From Pristiophorus japonicus (lineage: Eukaryota), in NCBI RefSeq assembly GCF_044704955.1, contig NC_091990.1:14756001-14820000 (forward strand): a stretch of 64,000 bases of DNA. Direction: 5' to 3'. This document shows positions 11,206 to 22,906 of the stretch, piece after piece. The first letter of the stretch is position 1. Every line of letters starts with the position of its first letter. The position numbers were made by a program, and so were the translations under genes. The notes under the pieces are model-generated. The model saw only the letters and a program-made list of their open reading frames with translations. It did no database searches and was not told the origin of the DNA.

Positions 11206-14143
11206 AGAAACATAGAAAATAGGTGCAGGAGTAGGCCATTTGGCCCTTCGAGACTGCACCACCATTCAATAAGATCATGGCTGATCATTCACCTCAGTAC
11301 CTCTTTCCTGCTTTCTCTCATACCCCTTGATCCCTTTAGCCGTAAGGGCCATATCTAACTCCCTCTTGAATATATCCAATGAACTGGCACCAACAACTCT
11401 CTGGGTAGAGAATTCCACAGGTTAACAACTCTCTGAGTGAAGAAGTTTCTCCTCAGCTCGGTCCTAAATGGCTTACCCCTTATCCTTAGACTGTGACCCC
11501 TGGTTCTGGACTTCCCCAACATCGGGAACAGTCATCCTGCATCTAACCTGTCTAGTCCCGTCAGAATTTTATATGTTTCTATGAGATTCCCACTCATTCT
11601 TCTAAACTCCAGTGAATGCAGGCCCAGTCAATCCAGTCTCTCCTCATATGTCAGTCCTGCCATCCCGGGAATCAGTCAGGTGAACCTTCGCTGCACTCCC
11701 TCAATAGCAAGAATGTCCTTCCTCAGATTAGGAGACCAAAACTGAACACAATATTCCAGGTGAGGCATCATCAAGGCCCTGTACAACTGCAGTAAGACTT
11801 CCTTGCTCCTATACTCAAATCCCATAGCTATGAAGGCCAACATGCCATTTGCCTTCTTCACCGCCTGCTGCACCTGCATGCCAACCTTAATGACTGATGT
11901 ACCATGACACCCAGGTCTCGTTGCACCTCCCCTTTCCCTAATCTGCCGCCATTCAGATAATATTCTGCCTTCATTTTTTTGCCCCCAAACTGGATAACCT
12001 CACATTTATCCACATTATACTGCATCTGCCATGCATTTGCCCATTCACCTAACCTGTCCAAGTCACCCTGCAGCCTCTTAGCATCCTCCTCACAGCCCAC
12101 ACCGCCACTCAGCTTAGTGTCATCTGCAAACTTGGAGATATTACACTCAATTCCTTCATCTAAGTCATTGATGTATATTGTAAATAGCTGGGGTCCCAGC
12201 ACTGAGCCCTGCGGCACCCACTAGTCACTGCCCGCCATTCTGAAAAGGACCCGTTTATCCCGACTTTCTGCTTCCTGTCTGCAAACCAATTCTCTATCCA
12301 CGTCAATACATTACCCCCAATAGCATGTGCTTTAATCTTGCACACCAATCTCTTAAGTGGGACCTTGTCAAAAGCCTTTTGAAAGTCCAAATACACCACA
12401 CCCACTGGTTCTCCCTTGTCCACTCTACCAGTTACATCCTTAAAAAATTCGAGCAGATTTGTCAAGCATGATTTCCCTTTCATAAATCCTTGCTGTCTTG
12501 GACTGATCCTGTCATTTCTTTCCAAATGCGCTGCTATTTCATCCTTAATAATTGATTCCAACATTTTCCCCACTACCGATGTCAGGCTAACCAGTCTATA
12601 ATTCCCCGTTTTCTCTCTCCCTCCTTTTTTACATTAGCTACCCTCCAGTCCATAGGAACTGATCCAGAGTCGATTGACTGTTGGAAAATGATCACCAATG
12701 CATCCACTATTTCTAGGGTCACTTCCTTAAGTACTCTGGGATGCAGACTATCAGGCCCTGGGGATTTATCGGCCTTCAATCCCATCAATTTCCCTAACAC
12801 AATTTCCTGAGTAATAAGGATTTCCTTCAGTTCCTCCTTCTCGTGAGATCCTTGGTCCCCTAGTATTTCCGGAATGTTATTTGTGTCTTCCTTCGTGAAG
12901 ACAGAACCAACGTATTTGTTCAATTGGTCTGCCATTTCTTTGTTCCCCATTATAAATTCACCTGATTCTGACTGCAAGGGACCTACGTATGTCTTCACTA
13001 ATCTTTTTCTCTTCACATATCTAAAGAAGCTTCTGCAGTCAGTTTTTATGTTCCCAGCAAGCTTCCTTTCATACTTTGTTTTCTCCCTCCGAATTAAACC
13101 CTTTGTCCTCCTCTGCTGAATTCTAAATTTCTCCCGGTCCTCAGGTTTGCTGTTTTTTCTGGCCAATTTATATGCCTCTTCCTTGGATTTAACACTATCC
13201 GTAATTTCCCTTGTTAGCCATGGTTGAGCCACCTTCCTCATTTTTACTCCAGACAGGGATGTACAATTATTGAAGTTGATCCATGTGATCTTTATATGTT
13301 TGCCATTGCCTATCCACCGTCAACCCTTTAAGTATCATTCGCCAGTCTATTCTAGTCAATTCACGTCTCATACCATCGAAGTTACCTTTCCTTTTCAGGA
13401 CCTCAGTCTCTGAATTAACTGTGTCACTCTCCATCTTAATAAAGAATTCTACCATATTATGGTCACTCTTCCCCAAGGGGCCTTGCACAACAAGATTGCT
13501 AATTAGTCCTTTCTCATTACACATCACCCAGTCTAGGATGACCAGCCCTCTAGTTGGTTCCTCGACATATTGGTCCAGAAAACCATCCCTAATATACTCC
13601 AGGAAATCCTCCTCCACCGTATTGCTACCAGTTTGGTTAGCCCAATCTATATGTAGATTAAAGTCGCCCATGATAACTGCATGCATCTCTAATTTCTTGT
13701 TTGATGCTGTCCCCAACCTCACCAATATTGTTTGGTGGTCTGTACACAACTCCCACTAGCGTTTTCTGTCCTTTGCTATTCCGCAGCTCTACCCATACAG
13801 ATTCCACATCATCCAAGCTAATGTCCTTCCTTACTATTGCGTTAATTTCCTCTTTAACCAGCAACACTACTCCACCTCCTTTTCCTTTCTGTCTATCCCT
13901 CCTGAATGTTGAATACCCGTGAATGTTAAGTTCCCAGCCTTGGTCACCCTGGAGCCATGTCTCCGTAATCACAATATCATATTCGTTAATAGCTGCCTGT
14001 AATTCGTCCACCTTATTACGAATACTCCTCGCATTGAGGCACAGAGCCTTCAGGATTGTCTTTTTAACACACTTTGTCCCTTTAGAATTTTGCTGTAAAG
14101 TGGCCCTTTCTGATTTTTGCCTTGGGTTTCTCTGCCCTCCACT
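11206..14143 (-). mobile_element. CR1 LINE, 5'-truncated, nearly complete ORF2 (APE endonuclease + RT)
   Basis: CLNARSIRNK, ITETWL, GDFNL, YLDFQKAFDKVP, PQGSVLGP, KFADDTK; tail ctatgtttct; highly similar to 59535-62884. Confidence 0.95.
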
Positions 14144-14241
14144 CCTATCCTGGGACAGCACCTCAGCAATCGTCCTGATCAGTTGGACAACAGATTGATG
14201 GACTGCTGTGATGCCCTGAAGTTGCTTTGAACAATGGTAGC

Positions 14242-14432
14242 TGTTCAGTATCGAATAACTCCACAAGGCAGTGAGCTAGTTCAAGCATGACCTTACTCCA
14301 GTTTATGTATTCTCAAAGTGAGGATTCAACATGGCTGCCAACATTATATACACGGCTTGCACGTGTCTGCCAGTGACCATTAGGACTCCGACAGTCGTGG
14401 TGGCAGCTAAAACCCAGTTAACATACATAACA
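14242..14432 (-). repeat. 3' LTR (191 bp)
   Basis: TGTT...AACA termini; direct repeat of 18546-18750; adjacent to PPT. Confidence 0.95.
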
Positions 14433-17400
14433 TCATTCCCCCCAAAGTCCTTGGTGCAGGTTGTATTTACAAGTTGAGACGGTCTGGGGCCTTCCGCTCC
14501 CTGGTTGATCTTCTCAGTTCGAACCCAAGCTTGGGTGAGTTAGTAGGACCATTGCTGTATTGCGGAGCAGTCGGTCTGACAGTATTGTTAGGGATGGTAG
14601 GTTCGTCTTTGTGAATAACACAAGGATCAACTGATGGTTGCATGTGTGTTGGTTGGTCGATGATGATGTAATCTTCAATTTGTTCTGGGTTGTCTGTGAA
14701 TCGCAGTTTGGTTTGGTCGATGTGCCTCTTGCACGTTTGGCCATTTAACAATCCACTTTGGACCATGACCATAATTCAGGACAAACACAGGATCATGAAC
14801 AGCAATGTCACATGATGCGGCCACGCGATCGTGGTACCATTGCTGCCGTTGCCTTCTGGTTTTGACATGATCATTGAGATCCGGGTGTACAAGGGAGAGC
14901 CTGGTTTTGAGGCCTCTCTTCATTAACAGTTTGGCAGGAGGGACCCCGGTGAGCAAGTGGGGTCTCGTCAGGTAACTGAACAGAATGCGGGACAAGCGGG
15001 TCTGAAGGGAGCTGTGAGTCACGCGATTTAGGCTCTGTTTAATGGCTCAGCTGCTCCACTTGACCGTTAGACGCGGGTTTGAAAGGGGCAGAGCTGATCT
15101 GCTTGATGCCATTACGGGTCATAAACTTGTGGAACTCCGAACTGGTGAAACACGGTCCGCTGTCACTGTCAAGGACGTCGGGCAGGCCATGGATGGCGAA
15201 CATGGCCCGGAGGCTTTCAATAGTGGCTGTGGGCGTGCTGGATGACATGATTACGCATTCAATCCATTTGGTGTAAGCGTCCACTATCACTAAAAATATT
15301 TTGCTGAGAAAAGGGCGGGCAAAATCTTTGTGGATCCTTGACCACGGTTTGGATGGCCATGACCACAGACTCAGCGGAGCCTCCACAGGTGCGTTACTCA
15401 GTTGAATGCAAGTGTTGCACTGATGCACGCATGACTCCAAGTCCGAGTCAATGCCGGGCCACCAAATGTGAGACCTGGCAATGGCCTTCATCATGACAAT
15501 GCCTGGGTGAGTACTGTGTAAATCTCGCACAAAAGTTTCCCTGCCTTTTTTTGGCATAACAGCACGATTACCCCATAACAGACCATCAGACTGAATAGAC
15601 AATTCATCTTTGCGGCAGCTATAAGGCTTAATTTCATCCTGTATTTCCCTGGGAATGGCAGACCAATTTCCATTTAGGACACACCTTTTTACGCTTGACA
15701 GTACAAGATCCTGGCTGGTCCACGCCCTAATTTGGCGAGCCGTGACAGGTGACCCCTCGCTCTCGAAGGCATCCATGACCAGCAGCAAGTCTGCAGGCTG
15801 CGGCATTTCCACCCCGGTTGTGGGCAATGGTAGCCGGCTAAGCGCATCAGCACAGTTTTCAGTGCCTGGTCTGTGGTGGATGACATAATCATAACCGGAT
15901 AATGTCAGTGCCCATCTTTGGATGCGGGATGAGGCATTGGCATTTCTACCTTTGCTCTCAGAAAACAATGAAATGAGCGGCTTGTGGTCTTTTTCAAGCT
16001 CAAACCGAAGCCCAAACAGGTATTGGTGCATTTTCCTAACCCCATATACGCATGCTAAAGCCTCTTTCTCTTCCATATTATAGGCTCTTTCAGCCTTAGA
16101 CAGACCTCTGGACGCGTATGCAACTGGTTGGAGTTTGCCTGCTTGCTTGAGCTTGCTGGAGCACACAACCGACCCCATATGATGAGGTGTCACAGACCAG
16201 CACTAACCGTTTGCATGGGTCATAGTGTACTCGTAATTTGTTGGAACATAGCATTCTCAAAGCACCCTGGCCTTCTCAAAGGCTCTGTCTTGAGATTTGC
16301 CCCAAACCCAGTCATTACCCTTTCTCAGCAACATGTGCAAGAGCTCTAGCAATATGCTCAAACTCGGTAGAAAGTTACCAAAATAGTTGAAAAGACCCAG
16401 GAACGAACGCAGCTCCGTCACACTCTGGGGTCTGAGTGCATTCTTAATGGCCTCTGTCTTCAAGTCCGTAGGCCTGATGCCGTCTGCTACAATCTTTCTC
16501 CCCAGGAATTCAACTTCTGGTGCCATGAAGGGTTTTGGAGGGTTTTAGCCTGAGTCCCACTCTGTCCAGACGACGTAGAACCTCTTCCAAGTTGTGCAGG
16601 TGTGCAGTGGCGTCACGACCGGTGATCAGGATGTCATCTTGGAACATGACAGTTCTCGGGACGGATTTCAGCAAACTCTCAATGTTTCTCTGAAATATGG
16701 CTGCCGCCGAGCGAATTCCGAAAGGGCATCTGTGGTATATAAACAGTCCTTTTTGGGTGTTGATGCACGCCAGTTTTTTTGAAGATTCGACCAGGTCCTG
16801 TGTCAGGTAAGCAGAGGTCAGGTCCAATTTGGTGAACGACTTCTCCCCCCGCTAGCGTTGCAAACAGGTCGTCAGCCTTGGGTAACGGGTACTGATCCTG
16901 TATCGAGACTTGGTTGATCGTTACCTTGTAATTGCTGCAGATCCTGACCGTGCCATCACTTTTCAACACCGGGACAATTGGACTGGCCCATTCGCTGAAC
17001 TCGACTGGTGATATGATTCCTTCCCATTGAAGTCTGTCCAGTTCGATCTCGACCTTCTCCCTCATCATGTACGGAACTGCCCGAGCCTTGTGATGGACGT
17101 GTCTTGCATCTGGGCCGAGGTGGATCTGCACCTTGGCTTCTGTGAAGTTGCCAATGCCTGGTTCGAACAACTAGAGAAACTTGCTCAGCACTTGAGCACA
17201 CGAAGCGTCATCCACTGGTGATAAGGCTTTAATATCATTCCAGTTTCATTTAATTTTCTCAAGCCAACTACTGCCGAACAGCATTGGGCCATTGTCTGGA
17301 ATGATCCACAACGATAAATCATGCACAGCTCCATCGTACGATACCTTGACTGCCGCGCTGCCAATGACTGGTATGAGCTCTTTGGTGTAGGTACGCAGCT

Positions 17401-18545
17401 TCGCATTGATTGGGCTCAGTTTGGGTCTGTTTGCCTTAGAGTCCCACAGCTTTTCGAAAGCCCTCTGGCTCATTATTGACTGACTCGCACCCCTGTCCAA
17501 TTCCATGGATACCGGAACCCCATTTAATTTAACTTCCAGCATTATCGGAGGACTTTTGGTAAAAGAATGTACTCCATACACTTCTTCGTCCTGTACCTTG
17601 GGTTGAGTTACCTGTGCTGCTTGATCCACGCTGGATCAATCATCCTCAGCCACATGGTGTGTCGCAGCACGCTTGCTCGGTTGTGGACACATTCGCTGAA
17701 GATGCCCCATTATTGCACAGCCTTTGCACATGTATTGCTTGAATCGACATTGATGGGCCCTATGAGAGCCCCCGCAATGCGAACTTGAGCAGGGCGATCA
17801 CAATCACCCAGGCATGAATATCCATCGGCGAAAATTAAGGGAGATTTGATTCATCCCCGATGGCGGACTTTGAGCAGTTACAGGTCGTATAAACGCGGAC
17901 GAGTAGGCCTTGCCATGTGCAGCTCTGCCTGCCGACGATATTATTTTATGCACAGTACTTGCTGGTGAGTTTCGATGCTGGGAAGATATCTGTTTTGAGT
18001 TTTCGTCCGTGGAGATGCATGCCTGCCGATTGTGATGGCCCTGCTCAGGTCTAGAGATTCAGCAGCCAGCAGCTTTCAAAGGATGACTTCATGGCCAATG
18101 CCAAGCATGAAAAAGTTCTGCAGCATTTCCTCCAAAGCAGCTCCAAAGTTGCATGGCCCAGCGAGACGTCTCAGGTCGGTGACAAATTCCACCATGTCCT
18201 GGCCCTCTGAGCGATTATGTCTATAGAAATGATACCTCACCATGATGATGCTTTCCTTTGGTTTAAAGTGGTTCCGAACCAGAGTACACAATTCACTGTA
18301 AGTCTTACCCGTTGGTCGAGTCGGTGAGAGTAGATTCTTGATAAGGCCATAAATTTTTGACCCACAAACGGTGAGGAGAACCGCCCTCCGCTTAATTACG
18401 TTATCGGTTCCTTCCAATCCATTGGCTACGAAGTACTGGTCGAGGCAATCAGTGAAATCCTCCCAGTCTTCCCCTTCCACGAATTTCTCCAAAATTCCAA
18501 CAGACATGGTTGCATGAAAGTTCCTATTTTTAACTCGTCACTAAT

Positions 18546-18750
18546 TGTTAAGTATCGAATATCTCCACGAGGCTAAGTATGGTGAGCTAGTTCAGGCATG
18601 ACCTTACTCCAGTTTATTTATTCTCTAAGTGAAGATCCAACATGGCTGCCAACACTATATACATGGCTTGCATGTGTCTGCCAGTGACCATTAGGACTCC
18701 GACAGTCGCGCCCTCCGGTGGCAGGTAAAACCCAGTTAACATACATAACA
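18546..18750 (-). repeat. 5' LTR (205 bp)
   Basis: TGTT...AACA termini; adjacent to PBS and gag start (18507). Confidence 0.95.
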
Positions 18751-18755
18751 GTAGC

Positions 18756-19682
18756 CATCATCATCATCATCATCATCATCGAAATCGAGGCAGACTTGCT
18801 TCCACTCTAAAAGTGAGTTCTCAGGTGACTGAGCAATCCAATACGGGAATTACAGTCTCTGTCACAGGTGGGACAGACAGTTGTGAGAAAGGGTGGGTGG
18901 GGAGTTTGATTTGCCGCATGCTCCTTCCACTGCCTGTGCTTGTTTTCTGCATGCTCTCGGCAACGAGACAAGTGGTGCTCAGCGCCCTCCCGGATGCTCT
19001 TCCTCCATTTAGGGCGGTCTTTGGCCAGGGACTCCCAGGTGTCGGTGGGGATGTTGCACTTTATCAAGGAGGCTTTGAGGGTGTCCTTGAAATGTTTCCT
19101 CTGCCCACCTGGGGCTCACTTGCCATGTAGGAGTTCCGAGTAGAGCGCTTGCTTTGCGAGTCTCGTGTCGGGCATGCGAACAATGTGGCCCGCCCAACGG
19201 TGGTCAGTGCTTCAATGCTGGGGATGTCGGCCTGATCAAGAACACTGATGTAGGTGCGTCTGTCCTCCCAGGGGATTTTCAGGATCTTGCGAAGACATCA
19301 CTGGTGGTATTTCTCCAGCAATTTGAGGTGTCTACTGTATATGGTCCACGTCTCTGAGCCATACAGGAGGGCGGGTATTACTACAGTCCTGTAGACCATA
19401 AGCTTGGTGTCAGATTTGAGGGCCTGATCTTCAAACACTCTCTTTCTCAGGCGGCCGAAGGCTGCGCTGGTACACTGGAGGCGATGTTGAACCTCGTCAT
19501 CGTTGTCTGCCCTTTCTGATAATAGGCTCCCGAGGTATGGAAAGTGGTCCACGTTGTCCAGGGCTGCGCCATGGATCTTGATGACTCGGGGGCAGTGCTG
19601 TGTGGCGGGGTCAGGTTGGTGGAGGACCTTTGTCTTACGGATGTTTAGTGTATGGCTCATGCTTTCGTACGCCTCGGCGAAG
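18756..19682 (-). mobile_element. RTE-clade LINE, 5'-truncated
   Basis: LNIRKTKVL, FPYLGS, LLYGSETWT, C-terminal CPTCDRDCNSRIGLLSHLRTH zinc finger; (ATG)n tail. Confidence 0.92.
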
Positions 19683-21040
19683 CTGAAGTTCCAGAGCCAT
19701 GATGGCAGCAGTTGGAACTTGTAAGGCCGAAGTCTGAACTTCCACTGCAGTATTTCGACCTTTGATGGAAGCTGTCTTTGCTGCAATGGTAGCTGTGACA
19801 TCAGCCATCACATGCTGTATCATGGTGGGTTGCACAGGGGCTGGAATCCTTCATGCTCCTTGATATTGAGCACAAGCTTTCTGGCAGGCTTTCCTGTGCA
19901 CCAAACATTTGTAGGATATACCCATCAGCCTTCTTCTGTAGCCTGGCCCATTGAAGTCTTTATCTGAGTCCACTGCAGCAGAACTAGTGTGTGACCTCGC
20001 CCTGTGGCACCTGCATTATCCTTTCCCCTCACACTGGCTCCTGACACTTGTGCCAGGTGTCTCACCATAGGCAGACCCCCTCCTCTATCCTAGCCACTAA
20101 AATAAGTGGTGTCAGTATCTGAGCTGGTCCTTGTGACTGTAAGATCGAGTAATGGTGTCTCTTCATCTTCACTGTCTTCTTCCTCTTCCTCCATTGACTG
20201 GGAAGCCTTTGGTTCTTGGGTATCTGAAATGAAAAAGGGACAAGGGTTGAGTTGGAGTATAGGGAGAGGAGAAAATAGGAAGTACACCATCTCCAGCTTC
20301 TAAGTCAGAAGAGATTGAAGGATGAGGGAGAAGTGGGATAAGAGAAGGAGAATTAGCTATGCAGATATTCTCATCATCGATTGCTTCAGCTCCACCAGTG
20401 GTCACAGCCTCAGGGATATTCCTTCCCATCTTGGCCAGCATGGTCGCCTCCATGGGCGTTAAAACATGCAGGTGCACTTTTCCTCCTCTAGTTCTTTGCT
20501 GGTGTCTGTTATGTGCTTCCTTCTCCTGCAAGAAAGTGGGAAGTATGTCAGTGGGCGTCCTGTAATATGTTTGGATGATGCGGCTGTCATGGTTGAATAG
20601 CTGCCAGTGTATGCGAACCGTGAGTTATGGTGCGAGGCTTGCAAAAGTGCTACGTGTGTGAGGGTGAGGTAAAGCATATGAATTCTAGGATTGAGTACTG
20701 ATTGTTGGTAGGTGAGTTATGGGGGGTGTAGTGAATTGATTAGTGGATGAGGCTGGTGGTACAGTTGGCAGGATATGCCATTTGAAGATGAACACACTCA
20801 CCTTGACAACATTTGTGAGATCATTAAACATCTTCCTCCGCTAAATCCATGTTCTTGGAGCCACACTTCTGGCAGTGGCCTCTGCCACTACTGCTCTCAC
20901 AGCCTCCTGAATGTCTGTCTGGAAAGCCTCCTGCCCCTCTGTGGATACAGGACTTCTCTTTATCTTTGCATCTCTTCCACGAAGACCTCCAGTGCAATGT
21001 CTGAAAACCTTAGTGCTCGCTCTCTTGCATGTTCAGCCAT
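19683..21040 (-). pseudogene. Myb/SANT-like partner gene of Harbinger 1 (exon 1 21040-20802, exon 2 ~20529-20367, exon 3 from ~20224, continuing at 14144-14241 and ~10900-11205)
   Basis: MAEHARERALRFSDIALEVFVEE...RKMFNDLTNVVK|gtgagt; cag|EKEAHNRHQQRTRGG..LTPMEA; acidic exon 3; in-frame stops present. Confidence 0.75.
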
Positions 21041-21522
21041 TCCTCAAAGTATCATAGCAGAGATTCAGTTTTCAAATGACTCCCACCACCACCAGCCACA
21101 GTGTAACTCCCCTTTTAAGAGGTACTGGCTGCCTATAAATAGCATTATTCAATCCCTACATCGGGTCCCTTGCTGAAGCGTACAGCCAATAAACAGTGTG
21201 GGTAGCTCTGGCTGCACGCAGCAATTATATAAAGCAGCAAGCAGCACGAATTTACCATGCTACCTTCAATGCAATGAACGGGCGTGGGTTAAACGCTTAC
21301 CGCTTACCCCCAGCAAGTTTTATGTAGCACAAGTAGATGAAAATCTGTTGAAGATTTTGACACATTTTAAAAATTATTACTGAAAATGCAGTAAAACTGC
21401 ATGATGTCATCACAAACTACTGGAACCTTCATTAATATTCTTATGCTATACGACCAGCCCAGAGAACAAGGTAAAATTATTCCGCAAATATGAAAGTATT
21501 TAATTGTTGCTGTTCGAACATA

Positions 21523-22171
21523 TAGGCTCAGAAATCGTGGCCTCCCCAGGTCTGTACAGAGTGTGTACGGACTCAGGAAGGCATTGCAAAAGCCGGTTTT
21601 CAGCGCACAATACGCATGTGCTGAAAACTCTTGCGCCTGGTAAAAGCAGGTGCATAGCCTACTTTTATATGCGTAAGAGTTTTAAAACACACAAAAACAT
21701 AATAAAATAACATTTACTAAACATATTTTGTTAAAAACTCTCCCCACTACGGTAAGTTTATTTTAAACCATAATTTAAATTTTTTTTTTTAAATCGGAAT
21801 TTTTTTAAATATAAGACATAAATAACTTTAATTTAAATTAATGTTAAATATGTGGTGTATTTTTTCTTTTTTTTATTAGTGTTTTGGGTGTTTGGGGGGG
21901 GTTTCTCAATCATAATATTGGGAACTCCAACTTACGGAGTTCCCATTATTATGATCGAGAAAATACTTTACCTTGATTGGCTACTCAGAGCCATGTGACT
22001 GCAGCTCCAGCTCTTCGGACATCCCAACGTGCACGCGCTCCAACGCGCAGTGAGTGAAGGCCTCAGGACCGGGATCTCTCGTGGGCACAGCAGGAACAGG
22101 TGAGTGCACATCTTTTTTCCCTATTTCAGTCGATCGCCCGCGGGAAGCAGCCGACTCGGATTCTGACAGCC
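21523..22171. mobile_element. Putative non-autonomous Harbinger-type MITE with internal hairpin
   Basis: Degenerate inverted ends (GGCTCAGAAATCGTGGCCTCCC / GGGAAGCAGCCGA..TTCT..AGCC); internal 18-bp inverted repeat at 21911-21953. Confidence 0.45.
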
Positions 22172-22550
22172 AATCACTGTCAGAAGCTAAAAGAACGAAC
22201 AATTGGAGAAGTCAGCAGGCTGCGGAAAGATAATTTAATCGCGCCCACATTTCAACCAGTAAAATAGCACAATTACTTTACTTCAAAGCTCAAACTTATT
22301 AGTGATACATAATATATTAATTACACTACCAGTTAATCTTTGCTTTATTCTCATTTTTCATTTTCCTAAGGGAAAAAATGCTGCAGTGTGTTGATGCACT
22401 AGTGCAATGTGCTTTGCATTAGTGTCTGCATTTCTCCCCATGGAGAGTTCTTGACCCTGGTTGAGTGAAGGATAAGAAGTTCTCTCCAGGAGAGAGTCAT
22501 CCTGAACTAATCCTGTGCCCTCCCAATAGCCAGTTTAAGAGTGACATAAT

Positions 22551-22905
22551 GGCCCAGAATTTGCTGGAGAGTGTCCTGTTAGTTAGACTTTGTCCCTCAC
22601 ACTTCAGCTTGAAAAATTTTAGTGCTGGAGATGCAAGCTGATTACAACACGGCGAGGGAAATGGGGCATCTGAGAACTTGGTGAACGATGGGTCTAACAA
22701 TGCTTAACCAATGAAACTTAAAAATTGAAGAAGAAACAAATGGAGAAGGAGGGTGAATTAGAGTGCAGTAAGAGAAATAAAGAGAAGGAAAGAACGATTA
22801 AATTAAGAAAGGAACAGTATGAAAATTTTTAAATTTTACATTCTAAATTTCTCTAATAATTTACGACCTGTAGGAATCAAACTCCGCTGTTTTCGTTTCC
22901 AGGTC
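22551..22905. mobile_element. Left-end fragment of a Harbinger-type MITE
   Basis: Begins GGCCCAGAATTT after AAT; no matching right end seen. Confidence 0.3.
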
Positions 22906-22906
22906 C

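Larger units (their letters stand above)
14242..18750 (-). mobile_element. Full-length Gypsy/Ty3 LTR retrotransposon, decayed gag-pol
   Basis: Two TG...CA LTRs; 5-bp TSD GTAGC (14237-14241, 18751-18755); PBS-like TAGTGACGAG next to 5' LTR; purine tract GGGGGGAATGA before 3' LTR. Domain order gag, protease (LDRGAS), RT (FQDDIL), RNase H (DHKPL), integrase (HSTHPG..C..C, IHKDFA). Confidence 0.96.
9700..21310. mobile_element. Harbinger element 1 (decayed, termini unresolved), expanded by three nested retroelements
   Basis: Transposase remnants on + (9700-10730) converge on a Myb/SANT partner on - (21040 down to ~10900). No convincing TIRs, so boundaries ~. Confidence 0.65.

Noticed and set aside
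11858-13922. Numerous + strand ORFs opposite CR1 ORF2 (and similar ones over other LINEs)
   Set aside because: Antisense shadows of TE coding sequence that recur in every copy.
22360-22470. Possible exon or miRNA-like hairpin (acceptor-like ttttcctaag, partial inverted repeat)
   Set aside because: Pairing is imperfect, there is no good donor and no recognisable peptide or mature miRNA.
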